Positions 22,601 to 32,613 of a DNA stretch of 64,000 bases are shown piece after piece. Position numbers and translations under genes: made by a program. How positions within the stretch are numbered: the stretch's first letter is position 1; every line of letters begins with the position of its first letter. This stretch comes from Flectonema sp. DT1601 (lineage: Eukaryota), in the NCBI GenBank assembly GCA_964019425.1, contig OZ025793.1, forward strand, positions 1,116,001 to 1,180,000, in the 5' to 3' direction. Below the pieces are notes generated by a model, which saw nothing but the letters and a program-made list of their open reading frames with translations, did no database searches and was not told the DNA's origin.

Positions 22601-23361
22601 TTAATATTCGCGACTCAAGGAGATTCTCAGCTGTGAGTACCTCATCACTTGACTCTCCGCTATTATCGTGTCATGGTAGTTTCAAAGTTCTTTGGGAAAC
22701 TGATGTACTAGCAAAAGTACTCGGTAAGGCAGTTGTGTTCTTAGCTGCAACCAGCTGTGCCAAAGCATGCTGTGATAGAATAGAACGTAAAGGTGTATCA
22801 ATATACAACAGTGTGTTGAATTTAAAATCATCAGGTGTCTACAGCAGGGCATTAAGTCAAGGCTCTGCAATTAGTACTCCTTTAGGACATCCGAGTCATA
22901 TTGGTGGTGCTGTTACTTCACCAATTTCAAGGAGTCCAGTCTTTCCAGGTGGGACGCCATTAATTAGTTCTTGTTCTTCTCGAATGAACACGCCAGCGAT
23001 GATTAGTGTACCCACGAGCAATTTACTTCCAGCCGATTCGTCATTCGGTGCTGTGTCAATGCTTCAAGTTTCATCACCTCTTGAGACGTCGTCTTTGTTT
23101 ACTCAAAGTCCGTTTCCACCCGTGGAATTTGTGAACTCATTTACATCCACTTCAACACCACTCAGCCATGTTAGATCAAAATCATCTTTCCCTCAGGCCG
23201 GTAGAACAGATTCACAAGACTTGTTTAAGAATGCACAAATATTAGCAAAAACTCGTTTATCTGCTCCAGCAGTAAACCCTTCTATTACTGGGTTAGGTAT
23301 GCAACCCTTGTCACCTCCGAAACGGAAACGAACAAGTGGAGGAAGTGATTTCTTACTCTGA
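16615..23361 (+). CDS. Four-domain (4x6TM) voltage-gated cation channel alpha subunit, Cav/Nav superfamily
   Basis: Four repeats with Arg-rich S4 (RVVRVFRPLR; RVFRLCRVLRVLK; RAIKAFRAFRPLR; RLARCFRLLR) and four P-loops. C-terminal EF-hand-like (FRETWARYDPKG) and IQ-like (AACIIQSAWRE) motifs. Confidence 0.95.
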   Translation: MESWREFVDEDDEESSNIIDSWMKILNMGDKEVLEMGVGQNAKKFQGKSLMILKTSNVFRSKCIWMIVHPYFDYAVLFAIFVNAIFIALDDPSYWSQVVDIIFLVLFSVETTLKVIAMGLVIGQHAYLRDAWNVVDFVIVVCGWVSYLFANVSAFSVVRVVRVFRPLRSVNRIAGMRRLVNTLFACLPLMLDVVMLSILIFYLFSIAGVVLWNESLHNRCRPASEAYNPDWKPVSMDRVCGNSSVISAFQVSCREGQQCINSSAPYAYANFDHIGKALLLVFQCVTLDGWVYHSYAVEDGWSPFAALFFVFLTMFGAYFFANLILAVVTDALAKYTADESSKEQPLTEEALTMHESGVGPPKLTSIVKPSIFDKSVFRGTQAQAQEGWNHFISDINEQAVKGIANYQKKTTRRKRASTFRGLHSATDTKIIFHKNGKRPRSYSCVVSSTARYIPANHHSKATVSLTAITSLQNSAYGWVPVSQELHQRFSRKAAYPAAIGAVMAIVIRTAAQKREYKNLQLQPMSFARETSKLSATSNFSGGPTAHFSQPAIANKSFGSNNQRSFPQRKKGPPSATSTQISYPTTESISEPGTSGVRHQLRIFCRSSLFNNTIIGIILLNALLMSLEHYDMPSVLENMLEKANMAITFVFVIETVLKITALGKKWPRDRFNLFDFFVAAISLFEFIFLESKAVSLFRVFRLCRVLRVLKLARSWKVLHNIIKMIGNSLAYIGYLVLLILLFIFIFAVLGRSIFDSFNDNTVRWCKTIETEIDCASHTEISLGQVCEWRQLECPLGNNNVTFSNLTTWDNYTVNPCGDFECRVSADWQKMDPTYRARFDKLNWAAVHVFQVLTRDNWGLLCFRAMEEVNGTAVLYFLTILIFGTYLLFSMFIAILLVRLSEQSEARKLRKKKKQEDILSDGQSEVMSPVITIDACSEPNVVSPTMTGPGSPTISRSDVLLYQMARSKERKDRLERRKKLKFGERSCSVAGSVCSVQFDGGRSRAGTFKEFQKKLGARSGYDDDDRSSCMSWEHTARGKDLVSAMKGSRVLAGTPSEKPAHAVVRQPDTTDAIDRLLSGADECYAEDEEDSETDDFDTLQGYSFGYFSPESRIRLFLTNFILQRYFEVTMGYLIIVNCCVIALNKNILDNSDQAIRIVEIADWVFTGIFTLEIICKCIVYGVWKGEYSYLRRQRWNKIDTCIVILSLISIPIQFQARASSAGHHKPVNTVARAIKAFRAFRPLRILVRTKRMKVVIGAFVNTIPAVFNVMAVAFVLYFIFGIAGVQLMKGAFRRCSDGSDRSKVECIGNWRATAGDGVWMTQEEIQIGWKSIKREWINPRAISFDNLLSSWTALLEVAALSGWMDIMYAAIDSSETIDSRPIRENRPFLILYFICWIFAGAFFVMNIFTGVVVDHFSRQKVQLDGSIWLTNQQERSLRVKRILLNSRAKKRRALPIRPHYINRACYAIVTQKWFPRFIFICVVVNVLLMATVHRGMNGTYAQIQSYGNMIFTVIFTVEMILEISVAGPAAYLNFKWCRLDCAIVIISWIEIIVELIFSGGNAAATVQLLRLARCFRLLRHFKGLRKLLMTLYFSVPAFYNIASLLFLMFFIFAILGMALFEDVVTAHTEPLYPLLLSDKANFRNFPRAMLTLYRVATMDTWVTVWSGCQVQPPYCSFDEANCGNGIIASLYFSIFMICIGFVMMNLFIAIILENFRESVLLPEDLTRKMQQVSLFRETWARYDPKGQQYVKANEFIPMLEELSPPIGLKGKEKVEVLRLLQHLDFPITWPDQNVLFADAVDAIGEAIFKIHLLDSLATRKYLKTENRMELYQYGFTIAHWCAACIIQSAWREYTLGQAVTGVIIFHPPEKDVLMKSIATAVKRQRLVSPPIRARSKSAIPFKPGDRRSDSFGTIQERLFSDKTDTSSEYEQSDKLASSMKVMPTRTASQFAFRPLGSFCMNADPSPQLINPLRPKPLLSNNTIPALPLGGKKPTLPLLNIRDSRRFSAVSTSSLDSPLLSCHGSFKVLWETDVLAKVLGKAVVFLAATSCAKACCDRIERKGVSIYNSVLNLKSSGVYSRALSQGSAISTPLGHPSHIGGAVTSPISRSPVFPGGTPLISSCSSRMNTPAMISVPTSNLLPADSSFGAVSMLQVSSPLETSSLFTQSPFPPVEFVNSFTSTSTPLSHVRSKSSFPQAGRTDSQDLFKNAQILAKTRLSAPAVNPSITGLGMQPLSPPKRKRTSGGSDFLL

Positions 23362-24141
23362 GTAGGTTGTAGTGATGTCATCAAATTATTTATTTTCTTT
23401 AAACTAGAATTTGATAACTCTCCGTTCTGGTAACCCTCGGCATTCCATTGGATTGGTTGAATGTGTACATAAAGAAAAAGAGAACAAAAAAAAAGAACGC
23501 TTTTTGGACATTCCCTGCTTCTTATGACTGTTCAGATGCAGAACTCAAAAAAAAAAAAAAATATCAATTTACCTCTATCCTTAATTTTTTTAATTTCATT
23601 TCTTTTTTTTTAATATTTTAAGTTTTTGTATTAGTTCTTATTGCAGTCAGGTCTTCCTGGTGGCGCTATTCAGTTTTTTTTGTTTTTTTGACGTTGAAAC
23701 AGCTATTCTTAAGTTTTCATGTGAAAGGGTGATGCAGCTTGTTGGTCTCCGCAGTGGGAGATTCATTCGTTTCTCAAGGTACTGAACTCTCTGTTTATAT
23801 TAAATTAATAAATACTGGCTTCATGCGAAGCATTTTTTTTTTTTTTTTTTTTTTCTTTTCAAACCCCTGATCGAAATATTATATTCTGACTTACGTTTAT
23901 TTACTCTGTTTGAAAAATCTGGTTTTATCGTTTTTTTTCTTCTTTTTTTTCAACACAGATGGATGAACAATTCTTTCAAAAGTTTTTCCTGGTAATTACA
24001 GCAACAGCTGCTTGGACGAAATCTCGGCGGAGAGATATGGAGAGATATGTCGTAATTGCCTTTTAATTTTTTTTAAAAAACTTGTAATTTGTCCGTTTTT
24101 TTTTTTTTTTTTTTTTTTTGTAGAAGTAAAGTTAACCTACG

Positions 24142-24251
24142 AGGACTAACTACAATCTTCGCGATTGGGTCCTTACTGATGCGGGCTACCCAGACCCCTC
24201 GTAGTCATCAGTTTGTATTTTGCTAACTAAACTAAACTAAACTAGGACTAA
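24142..24251 (+). mobile_element. Putative short 5'-truncated retroposon insertion
   Basis: 8-bp direct repeat AGGACTAA at 24142-24149 and 24244-24251 flanks a 94-bp GC-richer segment ending in an (AAACT)3 tail. Confidence 0.45.
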
Positions 24252-25693
24252 TTCTGTCAAGAAAAAAAAAGTTTAGTAAAACTTCACTAGAAATAATTTA
24301 AAATTAATCTTTCCTGAGAACGATATTTTAATGAGCTTGCGATCCTTGCAGCAGGATTGTGTAAGTTGCTCAGTGTGCTTTACTTTGAATAATTTTTTTT
24401 CATTTTTTTTTTTTTTTTTTTTTCCCACACCCTGTCTGTAAGCTGCTATCGGTTAAAATCTTTGATTAGCCTAAGCCGTTATTATTTTTTGCTTTGTTAA
24501 TTTTGACAAATGCAAAGCAATAGTTGTTCACTTACTAGAGAATGCTTATCGTTTATTTATTTATTTTTATTATTATTTTTTTTTTTAAAAATTTTATTTT
24601 TTTCATTCTGATGTTAGTTACTCCGTCAAAGCGAAACGTATTCGGAAGTGTTTTGTCGATTATCGTTCTCTGCAGTCTGCCGCCTCTTGCGGGTTTACTA
24701 TGAGTCTGTAGTCTGTTACTAGTGAAGTACATTTAACTGCCGTCTCTAACACTGTCCGCTTATTCTACGTCTCTTATCGTCTGTGAAAGTCTTAACAGTT
24801 GCTGGTATCGAAAATAACTGTTGAGATTTTCCCTGACTTTTGGCTTCCTAGACTTCGTAAATAAATAAATAACTTTGTCTTTTTTCTCGATCTTACTTTG
24901 CAAAAAAAACACGTGATAACGTTATAAGATTAAAGTTTCAGTTGGATCGGGGAAAAAAACATAGTTAAGTATATAAAGAAAAGGGAAGGGAAGTAAAAAA
25001 AAAAAAAAAAAAAACAATAAAGGAGAGAAAAAAAAAAAAAAAAAAAAAAAAAGAAAAAAAAAAGATATTTCATTTTGTTCACATAAGATAAATGTACATC
25101 TCTGCCTGCTGAATACATCATTCCCTTATTTCCTAAACCCGTTTGTTACGTTTTTTTAGTTCGTATTGTATCGTTATTTTAGTTTTACGTCGTCTTCCCG
25201 CAAGCAGAAGTTTTCACAGATTGTGTTGACTGACGGGTTCTGAGCTTTTTCCGGAGCTTATTTTTTTTCCTGACTTCAACATGTTCAAAAAAAAAAAAAA
25301 AACAGATAAAAAAAGAAAAAAAAGTACTCATCGAAGTATAGAAAGTAGATGCACTTCAGACTTGAAAACTTCCTTTATAATCTTCGAGAGATACTTTAAA
25401 TTTCTCCCCCTTCAACCAGATCCGCTCAACTATGTTCACGTGGCCTCCGGTGGCATTATTTATTTATTTGCAGTCATTTACTACGCTGCCGCTGACGGTC
25501 AAGATTGTCGGAGAGATTGTTGTTCCTTTGAGCTTAAGAATGCAGTATCAAATTAAACTCTTCATCCAGACATCACATAATGAAATCAGATATCAGTCAT
25601 TGGTCTCAAAGTAAATACATCGTACTATTTATTAATTGATTTGATTATTTTATTTATCTTCTAACGACGAATAGTAGTAGTGGCTCATCAAAA

Positions 25694-26983
25694 ATGGTTA
25701 GCGACGCTTATCACTTAGTATGGATTATATTGTGGGTCCTTGGTGCTGGGGTACTCTTCCCATGGAATGCTTTTATCTCAGCCCCGGATTACTTTACGAA
25801 GTTCCCTGAATTTATCGACCCAGGATGCGAACTTACTGGTTCAGAGAAGCGAATCTGGGACAACATTGTAACGTACTTCACTGTTAGTTATTCAGCTATG
25901 AATGTAATTGGTCAGGCAATTGTTGTATCCTTCGGAGGGAAGGTAACCATCAGCAACAGAGTGATCTATTCTATTTTAACAATGTTTTTGACAATGATTG
26001 GTGTACCTGCTATTTCATACACACGTATAAGTCGCTGGGGGGCATTTGCATTTTTGGTTGCATCAGCAGGTGCATGTGGTCTTAGTAGTGCGTTCTTTCA
26101 AGCAACGTCTTTTGGTCTCGGAGCTTTGTTTCCGTCATCTTTTACACAAGCTGTAATGATTGGGAATGGGTCTTCTGGTTTGGCTGTATCGTTGTTGCGG
26201 GTTGTGACTAAGGCAGCCGGAGGTTCTGCGAGGTTTTCAGGTGCAATCTATTTCTATCTCGCCACAGCCTGGCTGTGCATATCAATAGGTAGCTTTATTG
26301 TAATGAGAAAGTTAAAGTTCGCCCAAAAACACGTCGACGAGTTTCGCACATTCAAAAGGTACGTTTTAGTTGAAGAAAGTGACAATGAAAGCACTGCCTC
26401 ATACTCTCTGGATGAGGAAGAAACGACTTCTGCTAGTTTTCGTGAGATCAAAGATGTGTTTAAAAATATTTATCCTATGGCACTGACTGTTTGGTTAACT
26501 CTTTTTATCACCATATCTATCTTTCCTGGAGTAGTCGCAAAGATCCCATCTTCCTTAAGTGATGGTTGGTTCACTGTTTGGCTCATTTTCTTATACAATG
26601 CAGGAGATAACATTGGTAGAGTTGGTCCAAAGTTTCTTGTTATCGGAAGAAGGGCATTAGTAATACTTGGATTGCTTCGTGCTGCTTTTATTCCGGCAAT
26701 TATTATGTGTGTTGACCCATACTATATCAAGAGTGAAGCAGCTGCAGCGATAATAGTGTTCTTTATGGCGATGACGAATGGTTACACAGCTTCGATGTCC
26801 ATGATGTACGGGCCTCAAATTCCTAACTCGTCAGCGCTTAACCGTCAAATCGCTGGGACAATTATGTCATTTATGTTGTTGTTGGGTATCACGTGTGGGT
26901 CTTTCGCGGGTTTACTGATTGCGAATTACTTACCTAGTGATGACTCCTCTTCCGGTTCTGAGATGGTTCCGGCAGCACCATAA
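25694..26983 (+). CDS. Equilibrative nucleoside transporter (ENT/SLC29)
   Basis: 429 aa, about 11 hydrophobic segments. Motifs LGAGVLFPWNAFISAPDYF, FLYNAGDNIGR and TNGYTAS. Confidence 0.93.
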   Translation: MVSDAYHLVWIILWVLGAGVLFPWNAFISAPDYFTKFPEFIDPGCELTGSEKRIWDNIVTYFTVSYSAMNVIGQAIVVSFGGKVTISNRVIYSILTMFLTMIGVPAISYTRISRWGAFAFLVASAGACGLSSAFFQATSFGLGALFPSSFTQAVMIGNGSSGLAVSLLRVVTKAAGGSARFSGAIYFYLATAWLCISIGSFIVMRKLKFAQKHVDEFRTFKRYVLVEESDNESTASYSLDEEETTSASFREIKDVFKNIYPMALTVWLTLFITISIFPGVVAKIPSSLSDGWFTVWLIFLYNAGDNIGRVGPKFLVIGRRALVILGLLRAAFIPAIIMCVDPYYIKSEAAAAIIVFFMAMTNGYTASMSMMYGPQIPNSSALNRQIAGTIMSFMLLLGITCGSFAGLLIANYLPSDDSSSGSEMVPAAP

Positions 26984-27867
26984 AGTGTCTCATCTACGTC
27001 AAGGCACTAATAATACTGTGAGCAATAAAGCCAGACCGTGTTAGGCTGAACTTTTTTGTTTTTATCAACAAGTAATAAACAAAAAAATTTCATCAAATGC
27101 TATTGAGTCAAGCCATTGCGTAAATGGCCAACTAAACGTCTACACATATAAGTAAAAAAAAAAAAACATATCATGAATTACTTTATTACGTAATATAAAT
27201 CTATGGTGGTGTATTCGTCGTTAATTATATCAGTGGATGTTACTGTTTTCAGGTCGCAATGTCTTTTTTTTTTCTTCTTTTTTTTCCCTTCTTCCTGCCT
27301 TACTCGGCACGCTATTGTTTCTGGTTTCATTGGTGCTTTAGTAGAATACTCCTCTCCGACAAAAAAAATTTTTAAAAAAAAAAAAAAGAAAAAAAAAGTT
27401 CCCCCGGTCTAACCGAGAGTGTGATGTATATGGTGACTGCTATTTTCTTTTTTTTTAATTTTCACTTTTTTTTTTTTTTTTTTTAGCAGTCGCCTTAACC
27501 ACTGTAGGTGTTTTTTATATCGTGGGGAACGAATAAAACGTTTTGTTTGTTTCTTTATTTTTTCCCCCCAAGTATTTTATTTTTTTAGCAGTCCAACTTC
27601 CGTATAAAACAAGCGTTTTGACCAACGGGAAGCCGGAATTAATTTTTCTCCATAGCGCGATTCTTAATGAACATGTCCACTTGGTGTAGTCATCCATTGA
27701 TCTTCCAATCAAGTTAATTGCTTTATTTATTTTGCTAATTTTCACATAACATTTTTTGTTTCCAGTTTCAGGGGGGCAAAAAAAAAAAAATTTCTTTTTT
27801 TTTCCCCTCATGTTTTCATGCATTATAACAGGTACCTGCAGTGTGTTCTGCGGAAGTTTTGTGATGC

Positions 27868-27899
<32 letters not shown>

Positions 27900-28699
27900 G
27901 ACATGAGTTCCGCGAGATTCCCCGTCCGTTCTCTGAATGGATATAAGTTGCCGTCTTCGGAATGGAATTGGGTAGATATATCAAAGACGCTCATTTTATC
28001 CTTCGAAAATGGAAAAAAAAAAAAATAAAAAAAGAAAAGAAATTTCGCATCCACAACAATGGAAGCAGTCTTTTAATTAATATTTTATAGTTTCAATGTT
28101 CTCGTTCAATGTCTTTATGTACACTTCTGCGTGTTATATGTTGGAAAAAAAAAAAAAAAAAAAGAGAGAGAGAGAAATCAAAAAAGGAGAAGAGAGGGAA
28201 AAAAAGCTACTTCTTGTACGATAGCCCAGTCACTCAACTTGCCATAAGCTAAGTGATTGATCAGCTGAGAACTGGACTTTCATTGTATCAGTTGTAAGGA
28301 GATTCCCTCCATTACAAATTACATTGATTTCGCTTTTTTTTTTTTTGACTCGTTCTAACCTTTAAATATGTACTCTTCGTATGTTCATTAACGTAATTAT
28401 TCGCCACATCAAATTAAAAAAAAAAAAAAGAAAAAGAAGAAAAAAAAGAGCAGGAGGAGGAAAAATTCTTAAGCCAAGTCTGTTGTTTAACTACAACCCA
28501 TCAAATCTTACTAATGTTGCCTGTCAGACCTGTCGGACATCAAGAGATAATAAACTGGAAGAATAGTAGTTCTCAAATGTACTTGTCGAATCCAGGTAAT
28601 AAAAAATGAGCAGATGACTAACACGGATGATGGTAACATTATTATTGCACTGTGAATCTTTAAATTTATAAAATCAGGTCAGGGGAAAAAGTCACAAAA

Positions 28700-29088
28700 A
28701 TGACATCCACCAGAGCAGCCCTCTTCCTGAAGAAGGTTCCTTCTGAGATGAAGTGGGTCCGTGATACTAATATGATGTTCAGAGGAATGGTATGAATTAA
28801 TTATTTATTCGCTATCTCTGTTTCAATTTACTTGCTTTACAATAACCAAACAAACAGTACATATTATCTGCATCAATCGTAGGTGCTTTCTACTACTGTG
28901 CTAACAAAGAAGAACGTTTTGACTGGTACCAGTTGGAGCCTTGGGTACCAGCTAGAAGAAGAACTACAAAGAAATGGCCTGGAGGTTCGGTCTTCTACGG
29001 TTGGGGTAACAACGCTCTGAATAGAGATTGTGCACTGTTAGAATGGTATTGTTGGAGAGGTTACTGGGGTAATGAATGGGGTGATTAA
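28700..29088 (+). CDS. 106-aa single-TM protein, copy A; candidate cytochrome c oxidase subunit 6A-like
   Basis: Not in the ORF track. Exons 28700..28789 and 28858..29088, joined across a 68-nt GTATG..AAACAG intron. Protein MTSTRAALFLKKVPSEMKWVRDTNMMFRGM|YILSASIVGAFYYCANKEERFDWYQLEPWVPARRRTTKKWPGG..RDCALLEWYCWRGYWGNEWGD. The gene is supported by a duplicate with only synonymous changes; the COX6A identity is tentative. Confidence 0.75.
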
Positions 29089-29503
29089 GTCTGACTTTAA
29101 GAGGTCCATGAGAGTTGTTCTGTTGCTCATAATTATCTTTGTACTACCACGAAGCACAGGTCGACCTTCGGGATCTTTTCTTCATCTTAAATATCTATAT
29201 TGTTCCTAAGTGTAAAGTGTTGCAACTAATTGCCAACTATTCGGTCTTTTTTTTTTTCATTCTTTCTGTGTTCTCGTTGTTATCTGGTTTTTCTCAAAAA
29301 GTTTACTACGCAACAGTTCCTCGAAGACTTCGAGAAATATGAGTTCCGTGTTACCAGAGATGGTTATAATTAGTTTTCTTTTCAGCACTCCCTTAGTCAC
29401 ATAGCAGTTGGTGTAATTGAGGAATCCATTCACATGTGTAATATTTTATTAATTAATACAATACCTTCGTCACTGAAGTAGGTCAGGGGAAAAAGTCACA
29501 AAA

Positions 29504-29903
29504 ATGACATCCACCAGAGCAGCCCTCTTCCTGAAGAAGGTTCCCTCTGAGATGAAGTGGGTCCGTGATACTAATATGATGTTCAGAGGAATGGTATGCA
29601 ACTTATCTTTTCTCTTGAGACTGTAAGAACAGGTCGTAGCAATGCATAATTCAACTCAAATCAAACAAACAGTACATATTATCTGCATCAATCGTAGGTG
29701 CTTTCTACTACTGTGCTAACAAAGAAGAACGTTTTGACTGGTACCAGTTGGAACCTTGGGTACCAGCTAGAAGAAGAACTACAAAGAAATGGCCTGGAGG
29801 TTCAGTCTTCTACGGTTGGGGTAACAACGCTCTGAATAGAGATTGTGCACTGTTAGAATGGTATTGTTGGAGAGGTTACTGGGGTAATGAATGGGGTGAT
29901 TAA
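29504..29903 (+). CDS. 106-aa single-TM protein, copy B (same protein as copy A)
   Basis: Exons 29504..29593 and 29673..29903; 79-nt GTATG..AAACAG intron. Three synonymous differences from copy A (CCT/CCC, GAG/GAA, TCG/TCA). Confidence 0.75.
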
Positions 29904-30547
29904 GTCTGACTTTAAGAGGTCCATGAGAGTTGTTCTGTTGCTCATAATTATCTTTGTACTACCACGAAAGGCAAAGACAACTCGTCTGCAGATGTTTGAA
30001 AGTTTCCCCTACCAAACACCACAGATAGAAACTTGTTAGTGTGCAAATACTCTATTCGGTTATTTTTCTTTTTGATTTCTTTTTTTGTCTTACATCGGAG
30101 TTAGCCTTCTTGGCTACCAACAAACGATACTGTTGCACACGTTAGCGAATGGCAAGTACCAGTGGTATTTATTATTTTTCTTTTTGCTTTTTAGTGTTTT
30201 CTTTGTTTTACGGTTTCCTTTTACCAATTTTTACGAATCATTAGGAAAGTTTTTATTTATTTTAGTCCATTGGCTGATCGTTGTGTTTTGCAGTAGGCAG
30301 TCGTCATTTTCTTTTTTTGGGCATTTTTCAATGTAGTGGGTACATATAAGTTTGGTTAGCATACTGTTGAAAATATTATTTATTTTCCTCTTTTTTTTTT
30401 GTTTCTTTTAACCCACAGACATTCGTTTAATATGTGAAATTTCGATACTGTCGTCGGTGATTAAGTTATTAGAATACGTGAATAGCAAAATGTACTATAA
30501 ATCATAATGACAGCCTGTTATATCTTTTTCAGATTGTAAAGCAAAAA

Positions 30548-31759
30548 ATGTGTAGTCGATTGGCGTGTAGATCAGCGATGGCTGCCGCAGGAGCGGGAGC
30601 AGCTTTCTATCTGACACCTGTAGAAAATAAATGGGCCATCCACTCATTTGTTTCTGATGAGGGAACAGCTTGGTTGCGTATGCTAGATGCAGAGCTAGCT
30701 CATAATTTAGCGATTACGGCAACATCATGGGGCCTTTCACCAAAAGCACCTGGAGACGATCCGATATTGGCCAGTAATGTGATGGGATTAGGCTTTGGAA
30801 ACCCAATTGGACTGGCTGCTGGATTTGATAAAAACGGAGAAGCAATTGACGGACTGCTTGACTTGGGGTTTGGATTCGTTGAAATTGGTACCATCACACC
30901 CCTCTCACAAGCTGGTAATGAACGCCCTCGTATGTTTCGTTTATCAGAAGACGAAGGTGTTATTAATAGATACGGATTCAACAGTGATGGTATGCAAGAA
31001 GTCTACGACAGATTAGTATCCCGTCGTGCCTCCATAGGACTTTCATCTACTAAGGGCCCTCTTGGAATTAACGTTGGAAAAAACAAAATTACATCTGAAG
31101 ACCAAGCGAGTTCTGACTATTCAAAAGTTATAACAAAACTTGGTCCATTCGCTGACTACCTAGTAGTTAATGTGTCATCCCCTAACACTCCTGGACTACG
31201 TAACTTGCAGAAAAAGGATCTATTAACAAACCTACTTAAAGAATTAGTGACTACAAGAAATGAACTCAAGAACCAACCACCAATCGTAGTGAAGGTGGCA
31301 CCGGATTTAAAAGATCAGGAAATTGAAGATATCGCTGGAGCAGTGTTGGATGCAAAAGTTGACGGAATCATAGTTAGTAACACGACTATTTCTAGACCAG
31401 AAACTCTAAAGTCAATCAACAAGATAGAAACAGGTGGGCTATCAGGAGCACCTGTACGTGATCTCAGCACAACAGTTATTCATAAGATGTCAATAGCCAC
31501 ATCGTCAAAGCTTCCAATTATCGGAGTTGGTGGCATTGCCACAGGACAAGATGCTTTTGATAAAATAGTTTGTGGAGCTTCGCTTGTTCAAATGTACAGC
31601 ATGCTTGCTTACATGGGTCCCTCTGCCGCACATAATGCTAATATTGAGCTAGCTTCTATTCTTAAAAAGAATGGGTTTAAATCACTTAATGAAGCCGTTG
31701 GTGCCGCACATAAGAATCCGAAATTGCTTCCAGTTCACATGAGAACCACTACTGCATGA
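30548..31759 (+). CDS. DHODH: Dihydroorotate dehydrogenase (quinone), class 2, mitochondrial type
   Basis: Motifs NPIGLAAGFDKNGE, QAGNERPRMFRL, INRYGFNS, catalytic-Ser loop NVSSPNTPGLR, SNTT and GGLSG. N-terminal targeting/anchor-like segment. Confidence 0.97.
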   Translation: MCSRLACRSAMAAAGAGAAFYLTPVENKWAIHSFVSDEGTAWLRMLDAELAHNLAITATSWGLSPKAPGDDPILASNVMGLGFGNPIGLAAGFDKNGEAIDGLLDLGFGFVEIGTITPLSQAGNERPRMFRLSEDEGVINRYGFNSDGMQEVYDRLVSRRASIGLSSTKGPLGINVGKNKITSEDQASSDYSKVITKLGPFADYLVVNVSSPNTPGLRNLQKKDLLTNLLKELVTTRNELKNQPPIVVKVAPDLKDQEIEDIAGAVLDAKVDGIIVSNTTISRPETLKSINKIETGGLSGAPVRDLSTTVIHKMSIATSSKLPIIGVGGIATGQDAFDKIVCGASLVQMYSMLAYMGPSAAHNANIELASILKKNGFKSLNEAVGAAHKNPKLLPVHMRTTTA

Positions 31760-32069
31760 TGGTGATTATATGAGGGGGAAAAAAAAAATTAATTTTTTTT
31801 TTTTTTTTTTTTTTGATAAATCAATTATGAAAGTCACTATAAAACTTTTATGTCACCAAACGGTTTGGAGTAGAGAAGACTTCGCTCTTAGCATCCTTGC
31901 CAACCAGAAAAAAAAAAAAAAAAAAAAAAAAAAGTGTAGTAATATAAAACCTTATATCATACTTGCCGATAAATTAAAAATTAATCACGGCTGATGCCGT
32001 CCATTTATTTGTACTGGAGTAAACATGCTTTATTTTACTTATAGCGATCCTTTCTACGTTAATTAAACA

Positions 32070-32613
32070 ATGTTTCGCGCCACTGGGATGAAACTCTGCT
32101 CGGAAATGCAGAAGCAGAAGATGGGAACTCTTTACAAGATTCTCGCTGGTGACGTTCAGTTCAAGAACAAGGTTTGATTATTATTTTATGTTAGAAACGG
32201 TTGTTAGTCTGGTCATACACATACACATCAAACAAATACAGGCGGCCGTTAAGGACAGCGCTATTGAATCCGTATTCGGAAACAACTGGCAGAAGGAACT
32301 TAACGCATGGTACCAGGGTGAAGTACTTGCAAAGTTGGATGCCGCTGACAAAGAGTCAGCAAAGGCGACTTTGGACAGAATGATTGCAAGACTTGCTATT
32401 ACCAGATACACAAACAGAGAACTCGCAGCATTCTCTGCCGGAGGTATGCACTCCGTTGACGCATACGCACAGGCGAGCATGGTTGAGAGCGCCAAGGCCT
32501 TAATCGCAGAACAGGGAAAGCCAGCCTTCGACGCTCACGTTGCCGCCGAAGCCAAGAACGCTAACTGGGACGCCAAGGCCGTTGACGCGTTCAAGAAGGC
32601 CGTCTCCGCATAA
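32070..32613 (+). CDS. ATPTB4: Mitochondrial ATP synthase subunit ATPTB4-like (Euglenozoa-specific)
   Basis: Exons 32070..32171 and 32242..32613 (70-nt GTTTG..TACAG intron), 157 aa. KMGTLYKILAGDVQFKNK|AAVKD..FGNNW..IARLAITRYT..ELAAF..NANW matches my recollection of trypanosome ATPTB4. Confidence 0.8.

Noticed and set aside
23959..24066. 35-aa ORF (MDEQFFQKFF..) directly after a T-tract and CACAG
   Set aside because: Plausible acceptor context, but too short, with no motif or duplicate support.
24930..28566. Short track ORFs in the spacers around the ENT gene, rich in poly-K or poly-F
   Set aside because: They are translations of homopolymer A/T runs in intergenic DNA.
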